From Phoronis australis (lineage: Eukaryota; Animalia; Phoronida), in the NCBI GenBank assembly GCA_002633005.1, contig NMRA01000048.1, forward strand, positions 987,397 through 1,044,838: a stretch of DNA of 57,442 nucleotides, in the 5' to 3' direction. The notes under the pieces are model-generated. The model did no database searches. It was not told the origin of the DNA and saw nothing but the letters and a program-made list of their open reading frames with translations. The position numbers were made by a program, and so were the translations under genes. Each line of letters starts with the position of its first letter. Position 1 is the first letter of the stretch. Shown here one piece after another: positions 39,270 to 52,935 of this stretch.

Positions 39270-39720
39270 CCAACACCACGTCCATGCCAACACCACGTCC
39301 ATGCCAACACCACGTCCATGCCAACACCACGTCCATGCCAACACCANNNNNNNNNNNNNNNNNNNNNNNNNNNNNNNNNNNNNNNNNNNNNNNNNNNNNN
39401 NNNNNNNNNNNNNNNNNNNNNNNNNNNNNNNNNNNNNNNNNNNNNNNNNNNNNNNNNNNNNNNNNNNNNNNNNNNNNNNNNNNNNNNNNNNNNNNNNNNN
39501 NNNNNNNNNNNNNNNNNNNNNNNNNNNNNNNNNNNNNNNNNNNNNNNNNNNNNNNNNNNNNNNNNNNNNNNNNNNNNNNNNNNNNNNNNNNNNNNNNNNN
39601 NNNNNNNNNNNNNNNNNNNNNNNNNNNNNNNNNNNNNNNNNNNNNNNNNNNNNNNNNNNNNNNNNNNNNNNNNNNNNNNNNNNNNNNNNNNNNNNNCCAA
39701 CACCATGTCCATGCCAACCC
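39270..39720. repeat. 17-bp minisatellite spanning an assembly gap
   Basis: CAACACCACGTCCATGC on both sides of the N-run (about 39347-39696). Confidence 0.85.
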
Positions 39721-39778
39721 CTGCCACTATCCATTATCGTAATTCCCGTGGATTCGAAATTGCGATCGAAACATTTGA

Positions 39779-40995
39779 AACAAGAGCAACGCGGAGCATT
39801 AAAAGACACCCACGACTGCACCGTAAATGGTGTGCTTCCAGGAGTGTTTATTTGTATAATAAAAATAGCCACTAGATGGTGCAAAATACGTCAAATCCAT
39901 CTGAAAATGGCGACATGTCATCGTTTCTTTAACGGAAAGCTATTTGCCAAATTTCATGTAAATCTGTCGATTAACTTCAGAAAGAGAGAGAAATGGAAAT
40001 GAAAGTGCTCCGAGGAGCGAAACTTGGCGAAACTAACAGATAAGACGACGATGATGAATTTGACGACGATGGTGGCGATGATGAACAATACAAGTAATGA
40101 TAACATTCAAATGACAAATGTAGAGGTCAGACATCAGTAAGAAATAGGCTATAGTCTTGAGTGACACTTGGCGAAATTAAATGAAAAGACGACGGCGGAG
40201 ATGATGATGAAGATGTCGAATATGATGACGATGGTGATGATGCTGAACAACATCATGACATTCGTATGATGCACTTAGATGTCATAAATCAGCAAGAAAT
40301 AGGCTACTGTCTTGTTCAATAGAAACTAAACCAACATCAATGCAGTCAAAGTGCTCAACAAAGGAACAGCGATATCAGAAAATCTCAAATAATTCAAAAA
40401 GTAAACGTCCTGGAGAAAAATGGAAAACATCTTCTGAATTCATAAATTAAATCAAGATCCTGCAGAGTGTTTACAACATACAACCATAAGCGCATAATCA
40501 AACAAAACTACCACTAGGAGGTGCCACAGTAGACAAAGTCATCGGCAAATCATCGTCAGGTGCTTTCTTCACAGTAAAAACATACACAACAATTTTCACA
40601 ATCATCCTTAGAGCGGTTTGGTCGATAGAAGGGTGGACGCCAAAAACAAGAGTAAAAATGGCCATTAGGTGGCACAAAATACATCAAATCCACCTGAAAA
40701 TGGGAGGATAGCATCATCTCATTAATAGATGCCTGTGTGCCAAGTTTCATGAAAATCTGTTGAGGACCTTTGAAGATAAAGAGGCAAATGTAAAAAGCTA
40801 AAATTGCCACTAGGGGGAACACCAGTAGTCGGGTCTCTCCGATATTTGTCATCATCCGTTGTCAGCTTCATAGGAACATATCTGCCAAATCTCATCAAGA
40901 TCCTATGAGGCGTTAGGACATACAGCAGTAGATGCTAGATGACGGATGCCCAGACACCCGGACAAACAGACATGACGGCAATATGAACCCACGTT
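39779..40995 (-). mobile_element. HINE copy interrupted by unrelated (GAT/GAC-rich) repetitive sequence at about 40000-40440
   Basis: AACAAGAGCAACGCGGAGCATT end at 39779; core repeats resume at about 40450; degenerate GGAC tail at about 40940-40990. Confidence 0.7.
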
Positions 40996-41141
40996 TCATT
41001 TATTCATTACTTTTACAAAGCCAAATCTGAAAATACCAGTGCAAATATGCCGTCACACGTAGTTTTGAGAGGAAATTTTCGCAAATGTTGAACGCTGCGT
41101 TAGCACAAAATAATAATTAGCATAATAGCAGCGCACATCTG

Positions 41142-41402
41142 CAGGCCACACTAAGGCACAGCACAGTGGGCAATACAGTATGTCATACCGAGGCACAGCA
41201 TAGTGGGCTATACAACAGGCCACACTGAGGCACAGCACAGTGGGCAATAGGGCATGTCATACCGAGGCCACAGCACAGCGGGCAATACAGCAGGCCACAC
41301 TGAGGCACAGCATAGTGGGCTATACAACAGGCCACACAGAGGCACAGCATAGTGGGCAATACAGCATGCCATACCGAAGCACAGCACAGTGGGCAATACC
41401 GA
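41142..41402. repeat. Degenerate tandem repeat, about 37-bp unit x7
   Basis: GAGGCACAGCA(C/T)AGTGGGC(A/T)ATACA...; source of the Cys-rich spurious ORFs. Confidence 0.9.
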
Positions 41403-44029
41403 AGGTTCAAAGAAACCCTGCTATAACATGCTGGGAAGTGATTATCTGTACTTCACCCAGTAATTTGTCATAGGCATGATGACAACTTTGAAACGCACAA
41501 CCCTACATGGCATAGAGCATATTCATATTCTACCACAGTTGGTCATAATGCTGCAGCGAACTTAAATACTCCACAGCTAGTCAAGTTGCCAAGCTAATGT
41601 AATCACTACCTCAAAGCAAAATTATTTTGACATTTGACATTCTAGTGCTGGTAAAGTTGTACTGTAATTGCAGATTGAATAAGTATGTTAAATTCAAAAT
41701 GTTTGATGAACCGGGCAGGGTGCAGTACATCAACCTTTACTTGAAATATTCAAGAACCCAACATTTTGAAAAAATTTTAGTTAATCATAAAATGCAAATT
41801 CCTACCTGCACCAGAAAGACTTAAATTTGAGATAAGATAATTGTTTCCCCCTCTCATGCTGTTTCCATGGCCCTTGATTTCTTTCAAAACACTTGATTAC
41901 GCAACAATTTTTTTATGGATCAAACAATATTGGTCACATAGTCATTTCTACATCGGGTAGAAAGAAAACTAATAACAAGAAATTAACAGCAGTGAAAACA
42001 ACTTAACGATCAACTAACAACAGATCAATAAACTTGCTTTATTTAATTTACATAAACCAATAATCCCACGTGACTAACACAACCAAGCACAATCAACCTG
42101 CAAAATCTAGAGAAAGCACTTGTCTAGAGCTATTGATTCTTCTGGTCCATAGGGATGCCATGGCAAAAAGAAATGACAGTTTATTCCCCAGTTCAATTAA
42201 AGTTACAGAGAGTGATGGGGGTACCAGCAGAGTTCAATGCGTTTCTCGCACTTTAATGGGGTTACCAACAGACACCGTGAGCCACAATGTTATAGTGAAC
42301 AGATTCCATGCTCTTGGAACTTTGTAAGACAAATCTTTATTCAAGACGATTGCCACAATTTGGGATAACTTCTCAAATGTGAACACATTACAATTTAAGA
42401 TGAACAAAAAGTAATTCTTAAATTTCAAATACCATTATTTTCCATTGCAAAAAGCCAAGATTATTGTCTCCAAACCACAGGCTTGGCATGACAGGTAATA
42501 TTTACGAAATCGTCAATTTATTAGCAACTGAGAAAATAAGGAATTTCTACATTTAAACAATTACCGTTTCACAGAATAAACACATCATAATTCTCAGATG
42601 CGCAAAATATATCTAAAAATATTTCTACTTTCATGATCAAGTACAACTTGCTCTACGTCTCAAACTGGTGACAAAAATGGCGGCCGCAGTGACAGTTTGC
42701 TCCGTGTAAGTCGTTTTTACACACATACTTGCACCCAATCTCAGCTGTTCCATGTCAGCTGCACTATATCCAATATGCCACATGTAAATGCAACTTCATG
42801 TACTTTTGTGTGAGGCAGAGTAATTATCACATTAGTGATGACTTGAGGAAAATAAAACACTGGATAAACTAATTTTATCTACCATTTACAAAAACTGGTG
42901 ATTTTTCACTGTTTTGCCTCAGAGATGTCAAAAAAAAATTTGACCCTTCTGCAGCTTTTGAATAATTGACCTATCACAAGGATTTTGAGTGATGGTTTAA
43001 CAGACCAATCAGAATACAGCATTCTTAACACACCTACATTTCCAAGTCGTCATTTAACCTGACAAACAAGTCCGGTCAGGAGTCATGTGACATTGTTTCG
43101 TAAGGGGGGAGAGCTTGGGATAGGTCAAATTTGATCCTACAGCTGGACGGAGATGAATGAGTTGTTCTTGAAAAAGTGACCCTGTTCATAACAACTTAAT
43201 ACTTGAAGCAGAACATTATTGAAAACCTTCAAGTTAGTTGATCCTTTCTCATTAGCTTCAGTAGTTGGGAGATAACAAAGTTATTGCAATTTGATGTCTG
43301 GCTCATCAAAGTTGTCTCAAGATGGTGGTCTGAAAGTTTTCTGTACATTCATTTTTTAACATTTTTAAGTATCCGATCTATGGTTAGACCTTAAATGATA
43401 TGAAGAGCTTATAGTTGCAAAATGATGAACATTTGAAAAAAATCATACAGACATCTGCCAATAACTCTGATGATACTGAAGCCCGTCATTCATACCAACC
43501 AATACTTCCCAAAACATCATTGCATCGACGTTTGTATGAAAAACCTTCAATTTAGCACCAATACTGCTATCACGCGTGCTGACCTACTACTTTCTAATTT
43601 TGCATTCCAAAAAACTCATTTACTGAGTCAAGACAAATATTTGACTGAATGTTAAATGTGTTTGCAAAAGATAAGTGCCATGTATGCAGAAGGTAACACT
43701 CCCGATTATCAAAGTGCATTTCAGATAGAGGTTTTCATTGTATTTTGTATTGCAGAAATTAAGATAACTTTTGAAAGCCTACTCGCAACATACTTTGTCC
43801 TTGTGCAGCCTACTCACAACACACTCTGCCCTTATGGTGAAAAAGTCTACAAAATCATGAGCTTCCTCTCAAACATGTCATTCAAGGATGATGTTGGTGG
43901 TTGTCATATGTATAATGCAGAACATTCACCAGTGCAATCAGGGCTATCAACAACCCACTCATTTAATGAAGATAATTTATTTTTTAAACCTAAAAATGTC
44001 CACACATCCTACAGAGTTAGTGAAGATTT

Positions 44030-46123
44030 ACCTAAACGGGGTTAACGCCCTGGACGCATAAATTGGGAAACCCCGAGACAAGGGGGTGGGCAATTACCCA
44101 AGCAGTGAGCGCTTATGTCCAAGTTTTAGCCAAACTGAGCAAGCTTGCAGGGTGTTCAATCAAACAGCGGAACCGACAACCGCAAAGCTGCTCACAGCTC
44201 AAACAGAAACAGGATTTCAACTTTGAAAGTGCGATTACATGAGAACATAGCTAAAAATTCAGATGTTTTCAAATGTATTAGCATGATGCAAAATGTCATA
44301 CCATGGAGCTTTATGAAACTCGAACGGCATTCCACTTACCGTATCAACAAGCGCTGTTTCAGATCAGTGAACGGGACTACATGTCGTTTGCAGCGCCATT
44401 GTATTGTTAGTGTTGTTCGTACAACTGTGTTTGGTTGGAACTCTTCTGGTCCCGTCTTGTTGTTAATGTTGTCTGCGCATTAAACCCGATAAACTTTCGA
44501 TTCACTATTTAGTTTATCTGGTGCTGGATTAAAAACATGGACGATTCGTTCCCAGCCGACACAAACCGTTTACAATTACAACGAGAAGGAGGTTTGATTA
44601 ATTGGTGAATTAAGATTTAGGTCAACCCAGGAGAAAATCTAGCAAAATCACGAGCTCTGTCTGAAAATACATGGCGACCTGTTTTGCCAAACATTCAAAA
44701 AACTTGGTCTACTGAACTTGAAAAAGCATCAGAAATAGTACCCAAAATGAAAAAAATTTAGACTGGGTATTTCGAAAACATGTCACCTATACGAACCTAC
44801 GTTGGTAACTGCCAGGACGTTATAGGCCTATTTTTGCCCCCACTGCAATGCCGCCATCGTCCCCAATAGGTTTCTATCGGATACTTTCCCTGTTGAAAGG
44901 TATAGGTGCGGTCACCGTGGTATGTCAGTGATGTTTCTTGCAATGTTTGTAAAACAAGTTTATTGTATTCTCATTGACGTCTTGTGATTTCTTCACAGTT
45001 GCAAAGGTCAACAGAACCGCTTTGGTAAAAGGCAGTGCACACATTGGATACAGCCTGCAAATATTTTGAGTTTTGTCAACAGCTATTTATGAACGAGCTC
45101 CAACTGAGGCTGCCCCACAGCGCACTGAAAACACCGTCCCATGCCCATTTATTAGCAAAAACATTTTGTGTATTCATAGGTTATTAGCTGATTAATGCCT
45201 CCATCTCCAGCGTATCTCAACACTTGTTTCATTGCTTGAAGTTGAACATTAATGCGATAGTGATACATTGCAAAAGAACAGGCCTAATATTTGTGAGGCG
45301 CACTCGTGAAACTTGTACGTGCGATTAATGTCAAAGTCTGATCGAGATTATTGTTTCTCAAATTAGCATAGTAAAAAGGCATTCCTAAGTGCCCCTGTGG
45401 GTTTTTGGTGTACAGCTTTCTAACATTTTTTTCTTTCACCAACAGCTAGAATACCGGGGCGACGGTAATAAAAAGTGGAAATCGTTCTTTCCAAAATCAG
45501 GGCGACAAATTGGTAACTTAATTGGTAAGTTTTAAAAAAATCACCTTCCGTGCCAGTTTGGAGCACACGAACAAAGACTATCGTGGTTCCAGGAATGAGA
45601 GGACAATCATTCGGTTGGCTATAAATATCAATTTATGGACCCAAAAGTCCCCCGTGTGTCCTTTGCACTTGTCGTAAAAAATTACACCTCTATGTCACAA
45701 GGGGGCGGCCACATTTAATCTCTGAACGATGCCTAATCTCGTAGTAGACTAGCGCCACTTCAATAAAAATCTATGGAGTAGACCTATATTAATTTAACAA
45801 AAGATCAGTTGAAAGTTTAAAATAGGTATTTGCAGCGCTTGAGTTATTCCACCAAAACCAGTTGAGAAACGTTTCGAGACAATTGTATGCAGCTGGAAGC
45901 ATGCGATGTTTCTGCCAACACGGAGTTCTGAGCCCGTGGTGAAGCTATGAACAAAATTCAAGCTCAAGTTCTGAAAGGGGTAAATTGGGAATGGCCGCTT
46001 ACGTGGACATTTGCACAAAATAGAGGATGGGCGATTACCCAAGCAGTGGGCATTTAAACCGAAAATTGACAAGTTGGGGATGGGTGATTACCCGGGCATG
46101 GGAGTTAACCTGCGAGTTTAAGC
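44030..46123. mobile_element. Possible old non-autonomous TIR element
   Basis: Degenerate inverted ends (TAAAC..GGTTAACGCCC / GGGAGTTAACC..GTTTA), and GGGCRATTACCCAAGCAGTG repeated near both ends (44087, 46028). Confidence 0.4.
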
Positions 46124-46326
46124 TATATGAGAACATGAAACATAAGAAAAGTCAATGAAATCAAACTCTACTAAAAAACTAGAAAACATAGAATATGTCA
46201 AATTTTATTTTACTAACATTTTCAATAGAAAAAATACAAAGAAAGATTTTCTTTGTTGTTTACATACAGCTATTACAAAACAACATTTGGTAACAAAAAA
46301 GCATTCCAAGCAATAACTCTTAACAT

Positions 46327-47080
46327 AAGCAACCCAAAACCTTGAAATGCACCCACATCTCAACCACAAACTGTATGCTTTCCAGGGGTTTTACTAGTTT
46401 CATGTAACATGATTAGACTAATTTGACCACTATGATATCAAAGCTGAAAATTGACAACTGCTGGTACATTCCTGAGCACCTGAATGCTCAATAAAAACAT
46501 TTGTTTAACATTTTGACAATCAACAAATAAGCATTATCTTGTAAAAAACTAAAATGGCTAACAGGTGGTGCTGGTAGTCCAATCTGTCCGATAATTGACT
46601 GATGTCATTGCATTCCCACCTCTGCATGAAGTTTCGGCAAAGTTATGCTGCTTTACCAGAAAGTGCTACAATGGTCAAAAACGTATGTTCAGAATTTCAT
46701 CAGGATCTGTCAAGTAGTTTTTCAGAAAATTGATGGACAAGCAAAAGTAATGAATCAATGTAACCCTTGTCTAAAACTAAAACGACCAACAGGCTACGAG
46801 AATCTGTCCAAAAATCGACTGGTGTTGGCGAATTCCCAACACATACATTTGTCATTTTGACAAAAATTGACAGACAAGAAATTCCTGACAAGAAACTAAA
46901 ATGGCCAACAAGAGGTGTCACAGTACACCAAAATCAATTGGTGCCAGCACATCCTCGCCATAAATAGTCTGTGTCAAATTTCACCAAGATTCCTGCTTTT
47001 CAAGCAATGGTAACCGTGGACGAAAACCGGATGGTATGGCGGCTGTATCCCACCATAAAGTTTCTGTAGGCACATAAAAA
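46327..47080 (-). mobile_element. Degenerate HINE copy
   Basis: TTGAAATGCACCCAC head, AAAATGGC(T/C)AACA core repeats, GGCACATAAAAA tail. Confidence 0.55.
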
Positions 47081-49199
47081 AGTAAAAGACATTTTACAGA
47101 TTAATTTGATCCCAAGTTAAAGACCTGGTTGCAAAATGCCCATGTGGTTCCAGTATCTGAAAATACTTACTACATAAAGTCATATTTTCGACACCCTTTC
47201 TTTATATTCTTTTCACCTTTCTTGCCAAAAGCGATTTTTTAACAGTATTTGACCCTTCTCTCTGAGCGTATGATTACCGGCTGTCATCAGTTATTTCCGT
47301 ACCCACATTTCTGGCTCATCAGTTCAGGAACTTGTCCTGAACGCCGCCATTTTTTCCATGTAACTGAATGTGCTATCGCTTGCTCGAAAAGTCTTCATTA
47401 TTTTGTTTCATTAGTAATATCTTGTAATTCGTTTGCATATGTAGAGTATTTATAGTTTGTAGTTAGTGGTTGTTGAATTTTTTTTTGGAATGTTACGCGT
47501 ACTTATTATGTTAACATAGCATTGGTGTTCAGTTCCTTACGTAGGCTGGTCGAACTCAGGAACCAATATGGGTCGAACCAATTTTTTTTCGTGTTGATTT
47601 TTTTTTCCTCATTTTGAAAAAGTACTTTGCTATCATCAGAAAGGTAGTGCATTCTACTCAGTGAAAATCAAAAAAGTATCAAAATCGGGGCAAGCAGTGT
47701 AAAGTTATTGCAATTTTGTAGCGAAATTTGGGTCACTTTATTTGGAGGACAACGGGATAAGTTACGAGTTTAAAACTTTGTGTAAATTGCTTTCGCCAAC
47801 AATTTACGGTGAAATTTAGTTAGACATATCTTTACTTTCTATTCTGCACGATTCAACAGTGTTCACCAAATTTCAGCCTCGCAGTTGTTACTCATTAAGT
47901 GATAAATATGCTCACAATTCCCGTTGGACTTCGTCTCATTTCTGGCGGCACCGACAACATGGCGACTTTTGCTGAACTGAAAGGCATGTTCAATCAGCTA
48001 CTTTGTAATTTGTGAAGATTTAACGTTGACACATTTTGACAAACGTTGCTACAAAAAGGAACTTTGTTCAATTTTTCGTGTTTCTTGTGTAAAAATATAA
48101 GATATATTCGAATTATTTTACTGTGAATTTCCTAATCATGTGATCTTACACTAAGCTAAAAAAATAGTTGAATTGATTTTAAAATGGTTTTTTGTTTGAC
48201 TGTCAACTGCTGTTCAAGGCTTGATTCCGTGTCACAAAAGGATTCATATTTTTCTAAATTTTAAGTCTCAATTGCTCTCAAGTCATGTTTTGTAACTTAT
48301 TGCTTCTTAATTCAGGTTATCAAGTCAACAATATGAATAATCTTCATTTGAAAAATAAGCTATGTTGGATTGTGAAGCTTCAAGCCTCCGATTCTTGTTC
48401 CTTGAAACTTCATATTTTTTTCAATCATGCTTGTCAAATTCTGGTGTAAGGAAACACTATTCCGTCACCATGGTAATAGTTACATGTATGTCCACTTTCA
48501 TATCATGGAAACTGTTGCTGTTGAATAATGTTTGTAATGCGAAATGTTGTAAAGTATTGTGCATTTTACGTTACTTGTTATGTTAAAAGTTTGCATCATT
48601 TTTGGTTAATGAATAAAAAATAACATTTTGTATTGGACCTGTCATACTTATGTGCTTGAATGAGCCCAATATTTGGAGAACTGGAAAAAGGTATGCCTCA
48701 GTCAGAGAAGCACGATTATTTCCGAAAAAAAATAGAAAATGAGACAATACTCCACTAGAAGACAGGAGTACCAATTCATAGCTTTGAACATACCCAGTGA
48801 ATCTTATAATAAAAGATAGAAATTCTCAAAAATTCCAGCCCCCCATTCTTTTAGGCTTGGTGCACTCATACAAAGTCTGGGCAAATATCTATAGAAAGCC
48901 AACAACTTTGCACAGTTCGCCAGAAGTACCCAAGTTCTAAATAAACCTTGTTTGAGCGAGCGCTGCGGCCAGCAACCAGCTAGGCCTTAGCGTAGCCTTG
49001 GCGCAAAGCGGTAGCCTATAGGCCTACTAACAAGCTGCATTTTGACGATAGTCTTCACTGGTAGCTGGCACTGAGGCTAGCTAAGGTCTGCCGCGGCAGT
49101 GTGACACAGGACTAACCAGCCCGTAATTTCATGCAAGTGTCTGTGAAACTACCTTTGAATATATGCGGCATTTCTGATTTGAACATTTTATTTTGACAA

Positions 49200-49540
49200 A
49201 ACAGCTTGCAACCGCATGCATTTACCGTTCGCCAGTGTCTGGTCTTGATTCGCACCGGGCTCGATAGGCTACGGTCCCGAGTCTGGCAAAATAATTTCTG
49301 TCAAAATTATTTGCCACATTTCTTCAGCAAATTCGATAAAGTTGTCCGTATTTTGATTTTGTTAAAATTAAGGCATGCTATCGATTATTTTATCCCCGTT
49401 TGCAGGCTGGTAACAGGCACTCGTCCATTCACACTGACGGGCGTTTTCTTAGCCTGGGTTTCTGAACGAATTGTACTTCCGGGTTCGCGGCAAGTTCAAA
49501 ATGGCGGTGTTTCTTCAGGTGCGAATCGTGAGTGGCGCAT
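49200..49540. promoter_or_regulatory. CpG-rich promoter-like segment
   Basis: ETS-type ACTTCCGG (49475) and YY1-type CAAAATGGCGG (49497), followed by a + strand donor-like ATC|GTGAGT; a minus-strand donor-like site lies at about 49152. Confidence 0.3.
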
Positions 49541-50174
49541 TCATTTAAATTTTTTTCGAGTACGGACTTTGTATTAGTTATGGGGTAGGTACTTCTTGGA
49601 TCCTTATAACATCCTCTAACCATGTAATAAGGGTTAACAATGCATGTGACCAGGTCTTTAAAGAAATTTTATAGCATCTTTTATTATTTGCAGTTTTCAA
49701 TTTTACACACATACTTAACTCACATATTCAATACAAGAAAAGACTTTATAATTCTTGCTTTCAAATTCATTAACATGAGGTACAGCTTTCATACTCCAAT
49801 TTAATATTCTAGACTTGCCAGCCAAAGGCAAATGGTTACATATACTTGACAGTTTATGATAGCAAGGTGTGTAGTTCACCTATTTTTGTGCAATATTCTG
49901 CGTGATCTCACTTTTCTCAAACGCAACTTGCTTTAACACAGCCCAGAGTCCACATCTTTGGAACGTAATATCTCTGGACCAATCAGATTCATATGAAATG
50001 TTCACATACTGTTTCATGCACTGTTCTTCAAAACGGTTTTAGGAATTATTTTTAAAATGGCCAACTTTTGAATCAGGCTATCAATACGGATGTATTTATT
50101 TTCATGACAGACATGATCATATGACCTCATTAATGGTAGATTCTTCAACAGAGTTAAAATGCGTATTTTTGGAT

Positions 50175-50441
50175 ATAACTGGCTCAATAGCCAGACTGAC
50201 TTGTCACTAAGGTTCAGCATAACTGACTCAATACCCAGACTGACTTGTCACTAAGGTTCAGCATAACTGACTCAATAGCCAGACTGACTTGTCACTAAGG
50301 TTCAGCATAACTGACTCAATACCCAGACTGACTTGTCACTAAGGTTCAGCATAACTGACTCAATAGCCAGACTGACTTGTCACTAAGGTTCAGCATAACT
50401 GACTCAATACCCAGACTGACGTGTCACTAAGGTTCAGCATA
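50175..50441. repeat. 44-bp tandem repeat x6 organised as an 88-bp dimer x3
   Basis: ATAACTGACTCAATA(G/C)CCAGACTGACTTGTCACTAAGGTTCAGC; G and C variants strictly alternate. Confidence 0.95.
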
Positions 50442-50920
50442 GCTTTAACACTGACACCACATTTAATAGTAACTCAAAATCTGGGAGAAGAGTTTCAAAA
50501 GCAATATTCAATATAGGTTGATCTTTCACACATGAACGGATTTTTACCTTTCCGTTTAAATATTCATTGTCAAACATCGACCACAAATAGATCTCGCTAA
50601 TTATCATAGAAAATCAATGTCCAAACAGGCGGAGTTTCATAACAAATCAGGACAAAGCCTGTCAGACAGAAGGGTATGTCAGCTTAAATCATGAAACAGA
50701 ATTACTCTAATTAGTGATTACCCTGTTGTAGCTTGTTTATATGCAAGGCTGTGACATCACCATGTCACAAGCTTCAATAATGAACGATTAATTAGCAAGA
50801 ACAAGCACACTTGCAATAAGAATGTATTAGAAACCTCTCTGTTAACCAGTCCATTTCTAAAATTCTCTAGCCTATTTTATGTTGGCACAAGGTTTCTATG
50901 CCAACCTAAATAGGCTAGAG

Positions 50921-51168
50921 CAGGGCTTGGAATGACCAATGACAAAAAAGAGGAACATTTTTCAGGTAATGTTTCTTTGCATAAATAAATAGAATTGTGT
51001 AATAGAAACATTTTTTGCTGTTGTAAAATTTAACTGAAATAAACGTTTTTGCATGGATAAAGTAATGATAAAAAAGAGATGAACAAGAAGGAAACTGGAA
51101 ATCAAATAAGAAGAAATCGAAACCAAACAAGAGGAAATGCTGTTAAAAGATGATAATTACAAGCCCTG
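50921..51168. mobile_element. hAT-like MITE, short degenerate copy
   Basis: Begins CAGGGCTTGGAATGACCAATGACAAAAAA (same as 52403) and ends AATTACAAGCCCTG. Confidence 0.65.
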
Positions 51169-52402
51169 TAAGAGGTTGATGTAAATAGATCAAATAGATT
51201 CTAGATATGTAACGAGATCACCTCAGTGGTTTTCATGAAGACAATCCTCTCTGTTACTCAGTGAACAAGGACAAGTACTGGCATTTTATTTAAAACATGT
51301 CTACTATGCGCAAATTTATCATAGAACTGGGAATATCTCCACAGCAACCACTCAGTCACCAACATGATCACCATAAATCAAGAATGATGATTGTTAACAT
51401 CTATCTACAACAGGTTTTTCTCACTGTTCTACAGTTAAAAGACTGTGAAGTCAATACACAGGAAACCAAGAATCATATTTTTTATTTAACGTTAATTCGC
51501 ACAAAGCAAAAATGTCATTTCGTGGAAAAAGTCAAAATCATATTATTTCCGTCAGTCATGACAAATCACACAAGCAAAAACGAAAAAACAAAACCGAGAC
51601 AATAGGATAACATCTCCCTAAAGGATAAATAAACCCTACTGGGAAACTAATTGTCAATACATCATTGTTACCAACAACTCTCTGTACTTTAACACTATGT
51701 ACAAGGAATCTCACAGAGAGATCTGGGACATCTCATTTATTCAGAGCACCAACTGCAACTGACATCAAGGACTTCACCCCTAAAGTAACTTCAGGCTGTT
51801 TCACACCAGGTTAACTCAGCACTTGAGGAAGGTTTGTGTAAACTGTGAGGTTAACTGAACCTTTCTGACCAGCTTCGGTGCTAAATCTACAGCAAAATTA
51901 TCGCAGTTTGATCCGAGGAACATTGCATTTATTGCATGATGGATTTCCGAAAATTATTATTCCGAAAACATTATGTTAAATCTGACATATTGTATGGTGG
52001 GATAAACTGGTAGACTAGTGAATATTTGGAAAAAGAAATATCGAACCATGGCACTACACGTGTTGTAACTGACAGCGACATCTGAAATTAACTCCAATGA
52101 AACTGAATGTTAACCTTCAATTCTGCAAAAGAGTAGGCCTACACACCACAATAGCATGCAATTTTACCTACAAAAGAGCAGGCCTACACACCACAATAGC
52201 ATGCAATTTTACCTGCCAAAGTCAAAGCACAAACTACTGAATACAAAAGCTCACGCATCAGCTACCAAAACACTTAATAATTTAGTTGGGTCTAACAAAA
52301 GCACCTATCAGTACAATAACATTGAATAATACAGTAAGGTCTGACAAAAGATTTCACAACCTTAAAGGGACATTCTTAGTTAAAAAGAAACTTTAGAGAA
52401 AT

Positions 52403-52935
52403 CAGGGCTTGGAATGACCAATGACAAAAAACGCGGAAACTTTGAAACTTTTACGGCCCAAATCATGCCAGATAACCAGCCTTGAAATGGTCAATGTGAA
52501 CCTTCCCCAACAAAAATCGGGAAGACTAAAAAAAAATACAAAAAATAAAAAAATAAAAAACAACAACGTTACCACCATCAGTAGCATGCGTCTGCGTCCT
52601 TTTAGCTTGCCTGTCCACTCCCGACCCACACATTTTTGGCTGCAGAGTGGTAGTATTTGTCGCCGCGCTTAACAATAACACCAGACGCCATTGAAAATTC
52701 CACCACGCTGTCCCAGATGCCCCGGCAATGTTGACAATTTACGTTCCTCCGAAACATAAAGAGCAACTTCCGCTTTTTGAGGTGAACGTCGTCTGCAATG
52801 CCGCGGTAAGAAAGGAATTTGCCGCGGAAATTTTATATCAAATCCGATTTTTTTACGCGGAAATATTATAAAAAAGCGGAAAGCACAATTGAAAAAAGCG
52901 GAAATCCGCGTTTCCGTGGAAAATTCCAAGCCCTG
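52403..52935. mobile_element. hAT-like MITE
   Basis: 13-bp TIR CAGGGCTTGGAAT / ATTCCAAGCCCTG; subterminal GCGGAAA repeats; flanking direct repeat AGAAAT. Confidence 0.8.

Noticed and set aside
39131-40002. Long ORFs spanning N-runs (also 23136-23817 on the minus strand)
   Set aside because: Artefacts of assembly gaps.
41053-41473. Cys-rich, metallothionein- or keratin-like ORFs
   Set aside because: They arise in several frames from a ~37-bp tandem repeat, and no splice or start context supports them.
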